Shown: piece after piece, positions 24,867 to 35,506 of the stretch | Numbering within the stretch: the stretch's first letter is position 1 | How the letters are laid out: the number at the start of each line of letters is the position of its first letter | Assembly (NCBI GenBank): GCA_031459915.1 | Contig: JAVKHO010000017.1 | Span: 1 to 61,301, forward strand | DNA length: 61,301 bases | Source: Candidatus Tepidifontimicrobium thermophilum | GTDB lineage: Bacteria > Sysuimicrobiota > Sysuimicrobiia > Sysuimicrobiales > Sysuimicrobiaceae | Direction: 5' to 3' | The notes under the pieces: generated by a model | Databases searched by the model: none | What the model was told of the DNA's origin: nothing | The model's input: only the letters and a program-made list of their open reading frames with translations | Position numbers and translations under genes: made by a program

Positions 24867-25472
24867 TCAGGGATCCCGGGCCAGCGCCTCCCACACCTCC
24901 CGGACCTGTGCCCGGGTGCGATCCAGATCCCCGTCGTTGTCCACCACCCACCGGGCGTGGACCAGCTTCTCCCGCAGGGGCCGCTGGGCTCGCAGCCGCC
25001 GCTCCGCCTCCTCTTCCGTCAGCCGGTCCCGCTCCCGCAGCCGGTCTAGCTGCGTCCGCGGGGAGGCATACACCACGATGGCGGGCAGGGACTCCAGCTC
25101 GGGCAGCGGCACATCGAACAGCAGGGGCACGTCCAGCACCACCACCGCGTCGGGTCGGCGGGAACGGATCCGGTCCACCTCCTGCCGCATCCGCTCCCGC
25201 ACCCTGGGGTGGACGATGGCGTTCAGCCGGGCCCGCGCCGCCGGGTCGGAGAAAACCCGTTCCGCGAGCTTCCTGCGGTCCAGCTGGCCGTCGGGGAGCA
25301 GGAGCTCGGGTCCGAAGCTGGCCACGATCTCCTGGAGGGCGGCGCTGCCCGCAGACACCACCTCCCGGGCAAGGGCGTCTGCGTCCACCACCTCCGCGCC
25401 CAGCTCCCGCAGCATGCGGGCCACGGTGGTCTTGCCGCTGGCGATGCCCCCCGTGAGGGCCACCAGCTTCAT
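24867..25472 (-). CDS. coaE: Dephospho-CoA kinase
   Basis: ALTGGIASGKTTV, DADALAREVV, LNAIVHP, DVPLLF. Confidence 0.96.
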   Translation of the reverse strand: MKLVALTGGIASGKTTVARMLRELGAEVVDADALAREVVSAGSAALQEIVASFGPELLLPDGQLDRRKLAERVFSDPAARARLNAIVHPRVRERMRQEVDRIRSRRPDAVVVLDVPLLFDVPLPELESLPAIVVYASPRTQLDRLRERDRLTEEEAERRLRAQRPLREKLVHARWVVDNDGDLDRTRAQVREVWEALARDP

Positions 25473-26407
25473 TCGGACCCGTCCACCAGCCCCACCAGGT
25501 CACCGGCCCGGACCCGGCCGGTCCGCAGCACCCTGGCGTACACCCGAGCCTCGCCGGGATAGCGGTCGGGGTGCACCCGCGCGATGTCCCCGTCGCGGAA
25601 GTTGTGCCGGATGGTGGCGCAGGGGGTTGTGTACCGGGTGACCTGCAGCTCGACCTCGCCCACCTGAAGCCGGCACCCCGGCCGTACCGCGGCCCAGTCC
25701 AAGCCCGCCACGGTCACGTTCTCTCCCAGGCTTCCGGGGGCTACGGGGTGGCCCTCCGCTTGGAGCCGGCCCAGCACCTCCAGGGAAAACAGGCACACCG
25801 CGCGCTCCGGCCCGCCGTGGTGGCGAGTGTCGTTGTGGAGGTCGCCCTCCAGGCCCTCCGGGCCCACCCAGGCTTCGGTCACCGGGTGTTTTGGCACCCC
25901 GCCCGGGGACACGTTCAGGCGGTAGACGACGCCGAGATTCGGACCCAGAAGCACCACCCGGCCCTCTTCCAGGTGCTCCGCTTGCGCGTCGAAGTGGAAG
26001 TCCCCCCACACCCGCCGGCCTGCCAGGACCTGGGGCAGCCAGTACCGGTCGTCCTCCCACATCCGGTCCAGGGGCAGGTCCTGCACCGGGTGCCACCGCA
26101 GAAGCCCTTCCCGGCTGGCGGTCACCGAACCTGCGAACTCCTCCGCGGTGAACACGTACACCACCCAGGCGGGCGGCCCGTCCGTCCCAAACCGGAAACG
26201 CAGCACCCCAGAAAAACGCAGCCGGCGGACCTGCAGGCCCGTCTCCTCCCGCACCTCGCGGGCCGCACCCTGCTCCGGGTCTTCACCGGCCAGCAGCTTG
26301 CCGCCTGGACCGTTCCACTTCCCGCCGCCCCACAGCCCCTCCGCTTTCCGCAGCAGGAGCACCTGGCCGTCGCGCACCGGGAAGCAAAGGGTGGCGTAGG
26401 TGGTCAT
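25469..26407 (-). CDS. MTH1/MutT-like Nudix hydrolase fused to a MOSC domain
   Basis: KWNGPGGK, intact Nudix box GEDPEQGAAREVREETGL and MWEDDRYWLP; then GGVPK, GLEGD, HGGPERAV, PGSLGENVTV, PC, YARVLRTGRVRAGD. ATG overlaps the polA stop. Confidence 0.9.
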   Translation of the reverse strand: MTTYATLCFPVRDGQVLLLRKAEGLWGGGKWNGPGGKLLAGEDPEQGAAREVREETGLQVRRLRFSGVLRFRFGTDGPPAWVVYVFTAEEFAGSVTASREGLLRWHPVQDLPLDRMWEDDRYWLPQVLAGRRVWGDFHFDAQAEHLEEGRVVLLGPNLGVVYRLNVSPGGVPKHPVTEAWVGPEGLEGDLHNDTRHHGGPERAVCLFSLEVLGRLQAEGHPVAPGSLGENVTVAGLDWAAVRPGCRLQVGEVELQVTRYTTPCATIRHNFRDGDIARVHPDRYPGEARVYARVLRTGRVRAGDLVGLVDGSE

Positions 26408-29052
26408 GTTGGCGCCCCTCCCGCAGCGGGCACGGTGGAGGAAACCGTGCCCAGGTGCTCCAGGTCGTTCCAGTTCGGGCCCACCCGGAGCTCCACCTGG
26501 ATGGGCACCGACAGGGGAAGGACGTTGGCCATGACCTCCGCCACCTGGTACCCGAGGGGGCGAGCCTGGTCTGGGTCCAGCTCGAAGACCAGCTCGTCGT
26601 GCACCTGCAGGATCATGAGGGCTCCGGGGAAGCGGGGGAGGACCTCCCGGTGGATCCGGATCATGGCCAGCTTGATGAGGTCCGCCTGGCTTCCCTGGAT
26701 GGGGGTGTTGATGGCCACCCGCTCCGCGGCCTCCCGCACCACCCGGTTGCGGCTGTGGAGGTCCGTGAGGTAGCGGCGCCGGCCCAGGAGCGTGGACACG
26801 TAGCCCGTGCGGCGCGCCTGCTCCACGGTCCGGCGCACGTACTCCCGCACCCCGGGGTAACGGGCGAAGTAGCGCTGGATGTACGCGTCGGCCTCCGCCG
26901 GGGTACTGCCGATCTGCTGGCTCAGCCCGAAGCCGCTGATGCCGTAGGCGATCCCGAAGTTGATCGCCTTGGCCCGCCGGCGCAGCTCGGGGGTGAGCTG
27001 GTCCCGCGAAAGGCCGAAGACCTCCGCGGCCACCTCCGCGTGGATGTCGCGTCCGGTGCGGAACACCTCCTGCAGGGCCGGATCCCCGCTGATGTGGGCC
27101 AGCAGCCGCAGCTCGATCTGGTTGTAGTCCGCGCTGAGCAGCACCCGGCCCCGCGGAGCCACGAAGGCCCGCCGGATGCGGCGTCCCTCCTCGGTACGGA
27201 TGGGGATGTTCTGTAGATTCGGGTCCTGGGAGCTGAGCCGGCCGGTGGCGGCCACCGTCTGGTTGAAGGTGGTGTGCACGCGGCCGGTCTGCGGGTGCAC
27301 CAGCCGGGGCAGGACCTCCACGTAGGTGGACAGGAGCTTGGCGAGTTCCCGGTGCTGGAGGATCTTGGCGACCACCGGGTGGTGCAGGGCCAGGGTTTCC
27401 AGGACGTCCGCGTCTGTGGAGTAGCCCGTCTTGGTCTTCTTCAAGGGCGGCAGCCCCAGCTTCTCGAACAGCACGAAGGCCAGCTGCTTGGGGGAGCTCA
27501 GGTTGAACTCCATGCCTGCCAGCCCGTAGACCTCCGCGGCCAGCACCTCCAACCTCGCCCGCAGCTCTTGAGCCAGGTCCTGCAGGTACGGCACGTCCAC
27601 CGCCACCCCGGCCATCTCCATGTCCGCCAGAACGGGCACCAGGGGCATTTCGATGTCGCGGTAGACCCCCTCCACTTCTCGCTCCCGCAACGCCGCCCGC
27701 AACCGCGGGGCCACCCGCTGGAGCGCGTCCGCCTCCTCGCAGCGCCGCTCCCACGCCTCCCGCCCGTCCAGCAGGTCGCCCTCCGGCTCCGCCAGGCGCC
27801 AGCCGATCTGTTCCCACGCCACCGTGGCCAGGTCGTGGCTGCGGCGCCCCGGGTTCAGTACGTACGAGGCGATGCCCACGTCGAAATCGAACCCGCGGGG
27901 TACCAGCCCTGCCCGCCGCAGGCGCACGAGGTCCGCCTTGGCGTCCTGGCTGATCTTCCGGATGTGGTCGGACTCCAGGAGGGCCGCCACCGTCTGGGGG
28001 AATCCGTCCTGCACGGCCACGTACACCGCGTGGCCCGGCCGGTCCGACAGGGCCACACCCCGGATGGCACCCTCCATGGGCTTGCCGGTGGCGTCCAGGC
28101 TCACCGCCACCTCCCGGACAGACCGGAAGCGCTCCCAAGCCTCCGGCCCCGCCCGCTCGTAACGTCCCCGCTCGTGCACCGCGCCCACGCCCAGCCGCTC
28201 CAGCAGGCTCTTGAACTCCAGGTCCCGAAAGAGCTCCACCACCCGGTCCCGCTGGTACGGTCGGACCTCCAGCGCCTTCCAGTCTGCGGCCACCGGGACA
28301 TCCCGCACCACGGTGGCGAGCCGCTTGTTCTGCAGGACCAGGCCAGCGTGGTCCCGCAGCCGCGCCTGCAGCTTCGGCGGCGCCTGGTCCAGCCGGTCCA
28401 GCAGGGCCTCCACGCTCCCGAACTGCCGGACCAGCTCCGCCGCGGTCTTCTCGCCGACCCCGGGGACCCCCGGCAGGTTGTCCGTGGGGTCGCCCCGCAG
28501 CGCCTTGAAGTCCGGGAGCTGCTCGGGTTCGAGCCCGAACCGCCGGCGGACCGCCTCCCGGTCGTACGCGGTGGTTTCGCTGATCCCGCGGCTGGTCACC
28601 ACCACTGTGGTCCGGTCGCTGGCCACCTGCAGAAGGTCCAGGTCTCCGGTGACCACCACCACCCGGAAACCGGCCCCCTCGGCTTGCCGGACCAGGGTGG
28701 CGATCACGTCGTCGGCCTCGTACCCTTCCACCTCGAAGGACACCACCCCGAAGGCGTCTACCACTTCCTTGACTAGGCGCATCTGGGACCGCAGGTCGTC
28801 CGGCATCACCGGCCGGGTGGCCTTGTAGGCGGCGAAGTCCTCGTGACGGAAGGTGGGAGCCGGACGGTCGAAGGCCACGGCCAGGTGGGTGGGCCGTTCT
28901 TCTTCCAGCACCTTCAGCAGCATGTTGGTGAACCCGTAGACGGCGTTGGTGGGCCGCCCGTCGCTGGTGGTGAAGTAGGGGAGGGCGTAGAAGGCCCGGT
29001 AGACGAGGCCGTTGCCGTCCAGCAGGACCAGCTTGGGCGGGGATCCCCTCAC
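26404..29052 (-). CDS. polA: DNA polymerase I
   Basis: LLDGNGLVYRAFYA, EADDVIATL, TGRLSSQDPNLQNIP, DYNQIELR, KAINFGIAYG, QVHDEL. Confidence 0.98.
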   Translation of the reverse strand: MRGSPPKLVLLDGNGLVYRAFYALPYFTTSDGRPTNAVYGFTNMLLKVLEEERPTHLAVAFDRPAPTFRHEDFAAYKATRPVMPDDLRSQMRLVKEVVDAFGVVSFEVEGYEADDVIATLVRQAEGAGFRVVVVTGDLDLLQVASDRTTVVVTSRGISETTAYDREAVRRRFGLEPEQLPDFKALRGDPTDNLPGVPGVGEKTAAELVRQFGSVEALLDRLDQAPPKLQARLRDHAGLVLQNKRLATVVRDVPVAADWKALEVRPYQRDRVVELFRDLEFKSLLERLGVGAVHERGRYERAGPEAWERFRSVREVAVSLDATGKPMEGAIRGVALSDRPGHAVYVAVQDGFPQTVAALLESDHIRKISQDAKADLVRLRRAGLVPRGFDFDVGIASYVLNPGRRSHDLATVAWEQIGWRLAEPEGDLLDGREAWERRCEEADALQRVAPRLRAALREREVEGVYRDIEMPLVPVLADMEMAGVAVDVPYLQDLAQELRARLEVLAAEVYGLAGMEFNLSSPKQLAFVLFEKLGLPPLKKTKTGYSTDADVLETLALHHPVVAKILQHRELAKLLSTYVEVLPRLVHPQTGRVHTTFNQTVAATGRLSSQDPNLQNIPIRTEEGRRIRRAFVAPRGRVLLSADYNQIELRLLAHISGDPALQEVFRTGRDIHAEVAAEVFGLSRDQLTPELRRRAKAINFGIAYGISGFGLSQQIGSTPAEADAYIQRYFARYPGVREYVRRTVEQARRTGYVSTLLGRRRYLTDLHSRNRVVREAAERVAINTPIQGSQADLIKLAMIRIHREVLPRFPGALMILQVHDELVFELDPDQARPLGYQVAEVMANVLPLSVPIQVELRVGPNWNDLEHLGTVSSTVPAAGGAPT

Positions 29053-29080
29053 GAGGCCGATTGTACCGCGGCGGGAGACC

Positions 29081-32000
29081 CTACTCCTCCCAGACGGCGC
29101 CTTCGCCCAGCAGCATCTCCAGCTCCCGGACGAACTCCTGATCCGCAGGCACCCCCCTGCGGAGCCGGTGCACGGACTCCCCCCGCAGGGTCACCACGTG
29201 GGCGTACGCCTCCCGGGGTCCTGACCGCCCCTGCAGGAAGTCGGCCAGCTGGAACAGCTCCTCCGAGCTCGCCACCCGCACGTGCAGGGGCCTGAGCCCG
29301 TTGCGCGACGGCCCGACCTCTCCCCCCCCAGGTCCCAGGCTCTCCACCGGGACCACCTCCTCCGCCACCACCCGAGGCCGCGCCTCGGACGCATCCAGCC
29401 TGCCCCGCACCAGCACCACCGCGTCCACGTGCAGGGCGTCCCCGAACCGCTCGTACGCCTTGGGCCAGACGACGACCTCCACCGCGCCCGACAGGTCCTC
29501 CAGGTGGACCACCGCAAAGCGGCTGCTGTCCTTCCTGGAGGTCATGGGCCGCACGTGGGTCAGCACCCCGCCCACCGACACCGGAGTCCGGTCCTCCAGC
29601 TCCCGCAGGTCCGCCACCCGCTGCCGCACGTGGTGCCGGAGTACTGCTTCCCAGGCCCGGACGGGATGGTCGCTCACGTACAGCCCGAGCATCTCCCGTT
29701 CCATGCGCAGCATCTCCCGCGGGTCCAGGGGCGGGACCCGGGGCAGCTCCGGCGGCGCGTCCAGCTCGGCCGCGTCCGCGAACAGTCCCGTCTGCGGGCT
29801 AGCTTCCCGCCGCTGGCGGCGCGCCCCGTACTCCAGCGCGTCGTCCAGGCCTGCCAGCAGCGCCGCCCGGTCTCCCAGGGAGTCCAGAGCCCCCGCCTTA
29901 ACTAGACTCTCCACCACCTTCCGGGTCACCACCCGCCCGTCCGTGCGGGCGCAGAAGTCCGCGAGGCTCCGGAAGGGGCCGCCCTGTTGTCGGGCGCGCA
30001 CGATCTCCTGGGTGGCGGCCGTCCCCACGTTCTTGATGGTGCCCAGCCCGAAGCGGATGGTACGGTCGTCCACCACGGTGAACTCCGGCTCGGACTCGTT
30101 GACGTCCGGGGGCAGGACCGCGATCCCCATGCGCCGGCACTCCTCCACGTCCAGGGCGATCCGCTCCAGGTTGCCGCTGTCCGCGCACAGGACCGCGGTC
30201 ATGTACTCCGCGGGGTAGTTGGCCTTGAGGTAGGCGGTGTAGTAGGCCACGAGTCCGTAGCAGGCCGCGTGCGCCCGGTTGAACCCGTAACGGGCGAAGG
30301 GCTCGAACTGCTCGAAGACCCGGTCCACCACCTCCTTGGGGATCCCCCGTTCGGTGGCCCCGCGCTCGAACTTCTCCCGCTGGCTCAACAGCTTGTCCAG
30401 CACCTTCTTGCGGATGGCGTGGCAGAGCACGTCCGCCTCCGCCAGGGTGTAGCCGGCCATGGCCTGCGCCACGGTCATGATGTCCTCCTGGTACACCATG
30501 ACCCCGTAGGTCTCCCGCAGCACGGGCTCGAGGACCGGGTGGAGGTAGGTGACGGGTTCCAGCCCGTGCTTCCGGCGGATGTAGGCGGGGATGTTGGCCA
30601 TGGGGCCCGGCCGGTAGAGGGCCACCATGGCCATGATGTCCTGGATGCTGGTGGGCCGCAGCTCCTGCAGGTAGCGGCGCATGCCCGCGGACTCCAGCTG
30701 GAACACGCCCACCGTCTCCCCCCGGCCCAGGAGCTCGTAGGTCCTGGCGTCGTCCAGGGGGATCTGGTGGAGGTCGATGCGCTGCCCCCGCTTGCGCTCC
30801 ACGATCTTCAGGGCGGAGTCCAGGATGGTGAGGTTGGTGAGTCCCAGGAAGTCGAACTTCACCAGTCCGATGGCGGCCACGCTGTCCATGTCGTACTGGG
30901 TCATGACCACGTCGTCCTTGCCGCGGGTGAGGGGAACGTGGTCCGTGAGGGGGTCCCGGGAGATGATGACCCCTGCCGCGTGGGTGCTGGCGTTGCGGGC
31001 CACCCCCTCCAGCTTCCGGGCCAGCTCCAGCAGCCTGCGCACCCGTTGGTCCTCCTCCGCTTGCCGCCGCAGCTCGGGGTCGGACTCCAGGGCCTGCTCC
31101 AGGGTGGCGGTGGGCGGGATCCGCTTGGCGATCCGGTCCACCTCGCCGTAGCTCATCCCCAGCACCCGCCCCACGTCCCGGACCGCCTGCCGGGCCTTCA
31201 TGGTGCCGAAGGTGATGATCTGCGCCACCCGGTCGTGCCCGTACTTGTCCATCACGTACCGGATCACCTCGTCCCGGCGGGTGTCCATGAAGTCCACGTC
31301 GATGTCCGGCAGGGTGTGGCGCTGCGGGTTGAGGAACCGGTCGAAGGGCAGGCGGTACGCGATGGGGTCCACGTCCGTCACCCCGCACGCGTACAGGACC
31401 AGGGACCCCGCCGCGGACCCCCGGACCGTGGTGAGGATCCCGCGGGAGCGGGCGAAGTTCACGAAGTCCTGGACGATGAGGAAGTAGGGGGCGTACCCCA
31501 TCTCCTCGATCACCGAAAGCTCGTACTCCAAACGCTGCCGCAGCTCGGGGGTAACCTCCCCGTAGATCCTCTGGAGGCCCTGCTCGCACAGCCACCGCAG
31601 GTAGCTCTGCGCGGTGAACCCCTCCGGCACTGGAAAGTCGGGGAGCTTGGGACGGTCCAGCTCGATGGTGAGCTCGCACCGCCCGGCGATCTCCACGGTG
31701 TTCCGCAGCGCCTCCGGCAACTCCCGGAAGCGCTCGGCCATCTCCTGCGGGCCCTTCAGGTAGAAGTGGGGGACGTCCCCCATGCGGGGCCGGTCCGGGT
31801 CGTGCACTGTCTTGTTCATCTGCACGCACATGAGGACGTCCTGAGCCGGTGCGTCCTCCGGCAGCACGTAGTGCACGTCGTTGGTGGCCACCAGGGGCAG
31901 GTTCAGATCCCGGGCGATGCGGACCAGCTCCGGGATGAGGACCTGCTGCTCCGGCATCCCCTGGTCCTGGATCTCGATGAAGAACTGCCCGGGCTCGAAC

Positions 32001-32494
32001 AGGTCCCGGAACTGGGCAGCCGCCTCCCGGGCCCCGCGCGGGTCCCCGCGCAGGATCCGCTGGCAAACTTCCCCGTTCAGGCAGCCGGAAAGGCCAATCA
32101 GGCCCTTGCTGTGGGAGGCCAGGAGCTCCTTGTCGATCCGGGGCCGGTAGTAGAAGCCTTCCAGGTGGGCCCGGGTGCTCAAGCGGATGAGGTTCCGGTA
32201 GCCTTCCTCGTTCCGGGCCAGAAGGGTCAGGTGGTAGCTGGATGCGTCCAGGCGGGGATCCCGATCCGTGTACCGGCGGGCGGCCTGGTACGCCTCCATC
32301 CCCACGATCGGCTTCACCCCGGCGGCCTGAGCCTCCCGGTAGAACTCGATCACCCCGTAAAGCGCCCCGTGATCGGTGACGGCCAGGGCGGTCATGCCCA
32401 GCTGCGCGGCCCGCTGCACGAGCGGCCGGATCCGGCTGTGCCCGTCCAGCAAGGAGTACTCGGTGTGCACGTGCAGGTGGACGAACTGCGACAT
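29081..32494 (-). CDS. dnaE: DNA polymerase III alpha subunit
   Basis: FVHLHVHTEYSLLDG, RGSAAGSLV, PDIDVDF, KFDFLGL, YGFNRAHA. Confidence 0.98.
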   Translation of the reverse strand: MSQFVHLHVHTEYSLLDGHSRIRPLVQRAAQLGMTALAVTDHGALYGVIEFYREAQAAGVKPIVGMEAYQAARRYTDRDPRLDASSYHLTLLARNEEGYRNLIRLSTRAHLEGFYYRPRIDKELLASHSKGLIGLSGCLNGEVCQRILRGDPRGAREAAAQFRDLFEPGQFFIEIQDQGMPEQQVLIPELVRIARDLNLPLVATNDVHYVLPEDAPAQDVLMCVQMNKTVHDPDRPRMGDVPHFYLKGPQEMAERFRELPEALRNTVEIAGRCELTIELDRPKLPDFPVPEGFTAQSYLRWLCEQGLQRIYGEVTPELRQRLEYELSVIEEMGYAPYFLIVQDFVNFARSRGILTTVRGSAAGSLVLYACGVTDVDPIAYRLPFDRFLNPQRHTLPDIDVDFMDTRRDEVIRYVMDKYGHDRVAQIITFGTMKARQAVRDVGRVLGMSYGEVDRIAKRIPPTATLEQALESDPELRRQAEEDQRVRRLLELARKLEGVARNASTHAAGVIISRDPLTDHVPLTRGKDDVVMTQYDMDSVAAIGLVKFDFLGLTNLTILDSALKIVERKRGQRIDLHQIPLDDARTYELLGRGETVGVFQLESAGMRRYLQELRPTSIQDIMAMVALYRPGPMANIPAYIRRKHGLEPVTYLHPVLEPVLRETYGVMVYQEDIMTVAQAMAGYTLAEADVLCHAIRKKVLDKLLSQREKFERGATERGIPKEVVDRVFEQFEPFARYGFNRAHAACYGLVAYYTAYLKANYPAEYMTAVLCADSGNLERIALDVEECRRMGIAVLPPDVNESEPEFTVVDDRTIRFGLGTIKNVGTAATQEIVRARQQGGPFRSLADFCARTDGRVVTRKVVESLVKAGALDSLGDRAALLAGLDDALEYGARRQRREASPQTGLFADAAELDAPPELPRVPPLDPREMLRMEREMLGLYVSDHPVRAWEAVLRHHVRQRVADLRELEDRTPVSVGGVLTHVRPMTSRKDSSRFAVVHLEDLSGAVEVVVWPKAYERFGDALHVDAVVLVRGRLDASEARPRVVAEEVVPVESLGPGGGEVGPSRNGLRPLHVRVASSEELFQLADFLQGRSGPREAYAHVVTLRGESVHRLRRGVPADQEFVRELEMLLGEGAVWEE

Positions 32495-32633
32495 CTTGGG
32501 CCCCGGACCCGCTGAACTACCAGATATTGTAGATGGCCGGCTCGCGCCGTTCACCCCCGCTGAACCGCCCTGGCCCTCGGCCTACCCGTACAGGCGGTCG
32601 CTATCCCCGCCGCGCGGGTGCGCTCGGCCCGTT

Positions 32634-33977
32634 TCATCCCACCGGCAGGGCCTCCGCTTCCCGGACGCAGTCCGCCAGGACCGACAGCGCCCGCCCCAGG
32701 TCTTCTTCCCCGATGACCAGGGGGGCCAGGATGCGGATCACGTTACGGTACACCCCCGCCCGCAGCACCAAGACTCCCAGCTCCGCGGCGCGGCGCAAGA
32801 CGAAGTCGGTGTGCTCGGGTGCCGGGGTCTTCCCCTCGCGGTCCAGTACGAGCTCCACGCCCCCCATGGCCCCCAGCCCGCGCACGTCGCCCACCAAGCG
32901 GCAGTCCTGCTGCAGGGCCCGGAACGCCTCCACGAGCTGCCCTCCCAGCTTCCGCGCCCGCTCCACCAGCCCCTCCTCCTCGAACACCTCGAACACGGCC
33001 AGGGCTGCGGCACAGCTCAGGGGGTTCCCCACGTAGGTCCCGCCGATCCCGGCTTCCCGCACCGCGTCCACCACTTCCGCCCGGCCCACCACCGCGGAAA
33101 GAGGCATCCCGGCGGCCAGGGACTTGCCCACCACCAGGAGGTCCGGCTCCACGCCCACGTGCTCGCTGGCCCACATCCGGCCCGTCCGGCCCATGCCCGT
33201 CTGCACCTCGTCCACCACCAGGAGGATCCCGTGCCGGCGGCAGACCTCGTGGAGCCGCGGGAGGAACGACGGCGGGGGGACCACCACCCCGCCCTCCCCC
33301 AGCACCGGCTCCACCACCACCGCGGCCACCCGCTCTGGCTCCACGTGCAGGGTGAACAGGTCCTCCAGCTTGCGCAGGCAGAACTCCACCGTCTCCTCGT
33401 CCGTGGGGAACGGGCTGCGGTACCGGTAAGGGTACGGGGCCCGGTACACCTCCGGCGCGAAGGGGCCGAAGCCGGCCTTGTAAGGTACCACCCGGCTGGT
33501 GAGCGACAGCGCCATGTAGGTGCGGCCGTGGAAGGCCCCTTCGAAGGCTACCACCGCGCTGCGGCCCGTGTAGGCCCGGGCGATCTTCACCGCGTTCTCC
33601 ACCGCCTCCGCGCCGGAGTTAAAGAGCGCCGCCTTCTTGGGGAAGCGCCCCGGCGCGGAAGCGCACAGCCGCTCGCACACCGCCACGTAGCCCTCGTACG
33701 GCGCGACGGCGTAGTCCGTGTGGAGGAACCGGGCTGCCTGGTCCTGGACGGCCCGGACCACCCGCGGGTGCGCGTGGCCCACCGCGAGACACCCCACGCC
33801 CCCCGCCAGGTCGATGTAGGCCCGGCCGTCCACGTCGTACAGGATCGCCCCCCGCCCGTGGTCCACGAACGCAGCGAGCTGCGGCGATAGCGCCTGCGCC
33901 ACGCTGGCCCGTGCCCGGCCCAGGAGCGCCTGACTCGCCGGTCCTGGCCACGGAGCCGGCATCTCCCTCACGCCCAC
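32634..33977 (-). CDS. gabT: Class III aminotransferase, 4-aminobutyrate aminotransferase-like
   Basis: NSGAEAVENAVKIAR, FHGRT, EPVLGEGG, DEVQTGMGRTG, GGTYVGNP. Confidence 0.88.
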   Translation of the reverse strand: MGVREMPAPWPGPASQALLGRARASVAQALSPQLAAFVDHGRGAILYDVDGRAYIDLAGGVGCLAVGHAHPRVVRAVQDQAARFLHTDYAVAPYEGYVAVCERLCASAPGRFPKKAALFNSGAEAVENAVKIARAYTGRSAVVAFEGAFHGRTYMALSLTSRVVPYKAGFGPFAPEVYRAPYPYRYRSPFPTDEETVEFCLRKLEDLFTLHVEPERVAAVVVEPVLGEGGVVVPPPSFLPRLHEVCRRHGILLVVDEVQTGMGRTGRMWASEHVGVEPDLLVVGKSLAAGMPLSAVVGRAEVVDAVREAGIGGTYVGNPLSCAAALAVFEVFEEEGLVERARKLGGQLVEAFRALQQDCRLVGDVRGLGAMGGVELVLDREGKTPAPEHTDFVLRRAAELGVLVLRAGVYRNVIRILAPLVIGEEDLGRALSVLADCVREAEALPVG

Positions 33978-34011
33978 CTCACGGACCTCCTCCCCAGGCC
34001 CACCGGACCGG

Positions 34012-35463
34012 CTAGCCCTGCGGGGGTAGCCCCAGCCGCTCCCGCAGCAGCCGCTGCACCAGGGCCGGGTTGGCCCGGCCCTGGGTCCGCCGCATGACCT
34101 GCCCCACCAGGAAGGCGATGGCTTTCTCCTTGCCCGCCTGCACGTCCCGGACCGGCTCCGGGTGGTCGCGGATCACGGCCTCCACGGTCTCCCGCAGGGC
34201 ACCTTCGTCCGCGATCTGGACCCAGCCCCGCCGGTCCACGATCCTGCGCGGGCTGTCCCCTGTCTCCAGCACCTCCACCAGGACATCTTTGGCGATCCGG
34301 CCGCTGATGGTTCCGTCCTCCACCAGACGCACCAGCTCCGCCAGCTGTCCAGGGGTGATCCGCAGTTGTTCGATCTCCAGGTTGTGCTCGTTCAGGTACG
34401 CGGCGAGGTCCCCCACCATCCAGTTGGCGATGGCTTTGGGGCTCGGGTGAGCTGCCACCGCGGCCTCGAAGAAGTCCGCGGTGGCGCGGGTCTGGACCAG
34501 CAGCTCGGCGTCGTACCGGCCGAGCCCGTACTGCGCCATGATCCGGTCGCGGCGCGCGTCGGGCAGCTCCGGGAGGGTGCGCCGCACCTCCTCCAGCCAC
34601 TCCGGGGTCACCTCCACGGGCACCAGGTCGGGCTCCGGGAAGTACCGGTAGTCCTCCGCCTCCTCCTTGGACCGGGACGCGAAGGTGATCCCCCGGCGCT
34701 CGTCCCAGTGGCGGGTCTCCTGCACCACCGCTCCCCCCCGCTCCAGCACCTCCCGCTGCCGCGCCACCTCGTAGGCAAGGGCGCGCTCCACGGAGCGGAT
34801 GGAGTTCATGTTCTTCACCTCGGTACGGATCCCCAGGGGCTCGCCGGGCCGGCGCAGCGACACGTTGGCGTCGCACCGCAGAGTCCCCTCCTCCATGCGC
34901 CCCGTGCTGACCTCCGCGTACTGGAGCACCTGCCGCAGTTTCAGCAGGAACGCCCGCGCTTCCAGGGGCGACCGCAGGTCCGGGTACGTGACGATCTCCA
35001 TGAGGGGGACGCCGGAGCGGTTGTAGTCCACCCAGCTCACGGCGCCCTCCGGCGGGTGCACCAGGCGGCCGGTGTCCTCCTCCAGGTGTACCCGCCGGAT
35101 CCTCACCCGCCGCCGCTGCCCGTCGACCTCGATGTCCAGGTACCCGTCGGTGGCGAGGGGGGGGTGTTCCAGGTACTGGTACTGGGAAATCTGGTAGTTC
35201 TTGGGCAGGTCAGGGTAGTAGTAGTTCTTCCGGTGGAACTGGGAGGTGGGGTGCACCGTGCAGTTCAGCGCCAGGGCGGCCCGCAAGCCCAACTCTACCG
35301 CCCGTCGGTTGATGACGGGCAGAGAGCCCGGGAGGCCCAGGCACACGGGGCAGGTCTGGGTGTTGGGGGGAGCTCCGAACCGCGTGCTGCACCCGCAGAA
35401 CATCTTGGACTGCGTGAGCAGCTGCACGTGGATCTCCAGCCCGATGACGATCTCGTAGTCCAT
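34012..35463 (-). CDS. gatB: Asp/Glu-tRNA amidotransferase subunit B
   Basis: [44 protein letters not shown]. Confidence 0.98.
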   Translation of the reverse strand: MDYEIVIGLEIHVQLLTQSKMFCGCSTRFGAPPNTQTCPVCLGLPGSLPVINRRAVELGLRAALALNCTVHPTSQFHRKNYYYPDLPKNYQISQYQYLEHPPLATDGYLDIEVDGQRRRVRIRRVHLEEDTGRLVHPPEGAVSWVDYNRSGVPLMEIVTYPDLRSPLEARAFLLKLRQVLQYAEVSTGRMEEGTLRCDANVSLRRPGEPLGIRTEVKNMNSIRSVERALAYEVARQREVLERGGAVVQETRHWDERRGITFASRSKEEAEDYRYFPEPDLVPVEVTPEWLEEVRRTLPELPDARRDRIMAQYGLGRYDAELLVQTRATADFFEAAVAAHPSPKAIANWMVGDLAAYLNEHNLEIEQLRITPGQLAELVRLVEDGTISGRIAKDVLVEVLETGDSPRRIVDRRGWVQIADEGALRETVEAVIRDHPEPVRDVQAGKEKAIAFLVGQVMRRTQGRANPALVQRLLRERLGLPPQG

Positions 35464-35506
35464 CGACGCGCCTACCTCAACCCAGCCGCCCAAGGGTCGC
35501 GCCGCC

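Noticed and set aside
25469..28138. 889-aa ORF as listed in the track
   Set aside because: Only the last 312 aa, from ATG 26407, are credible; the upstream part is an alternative frame of polA.
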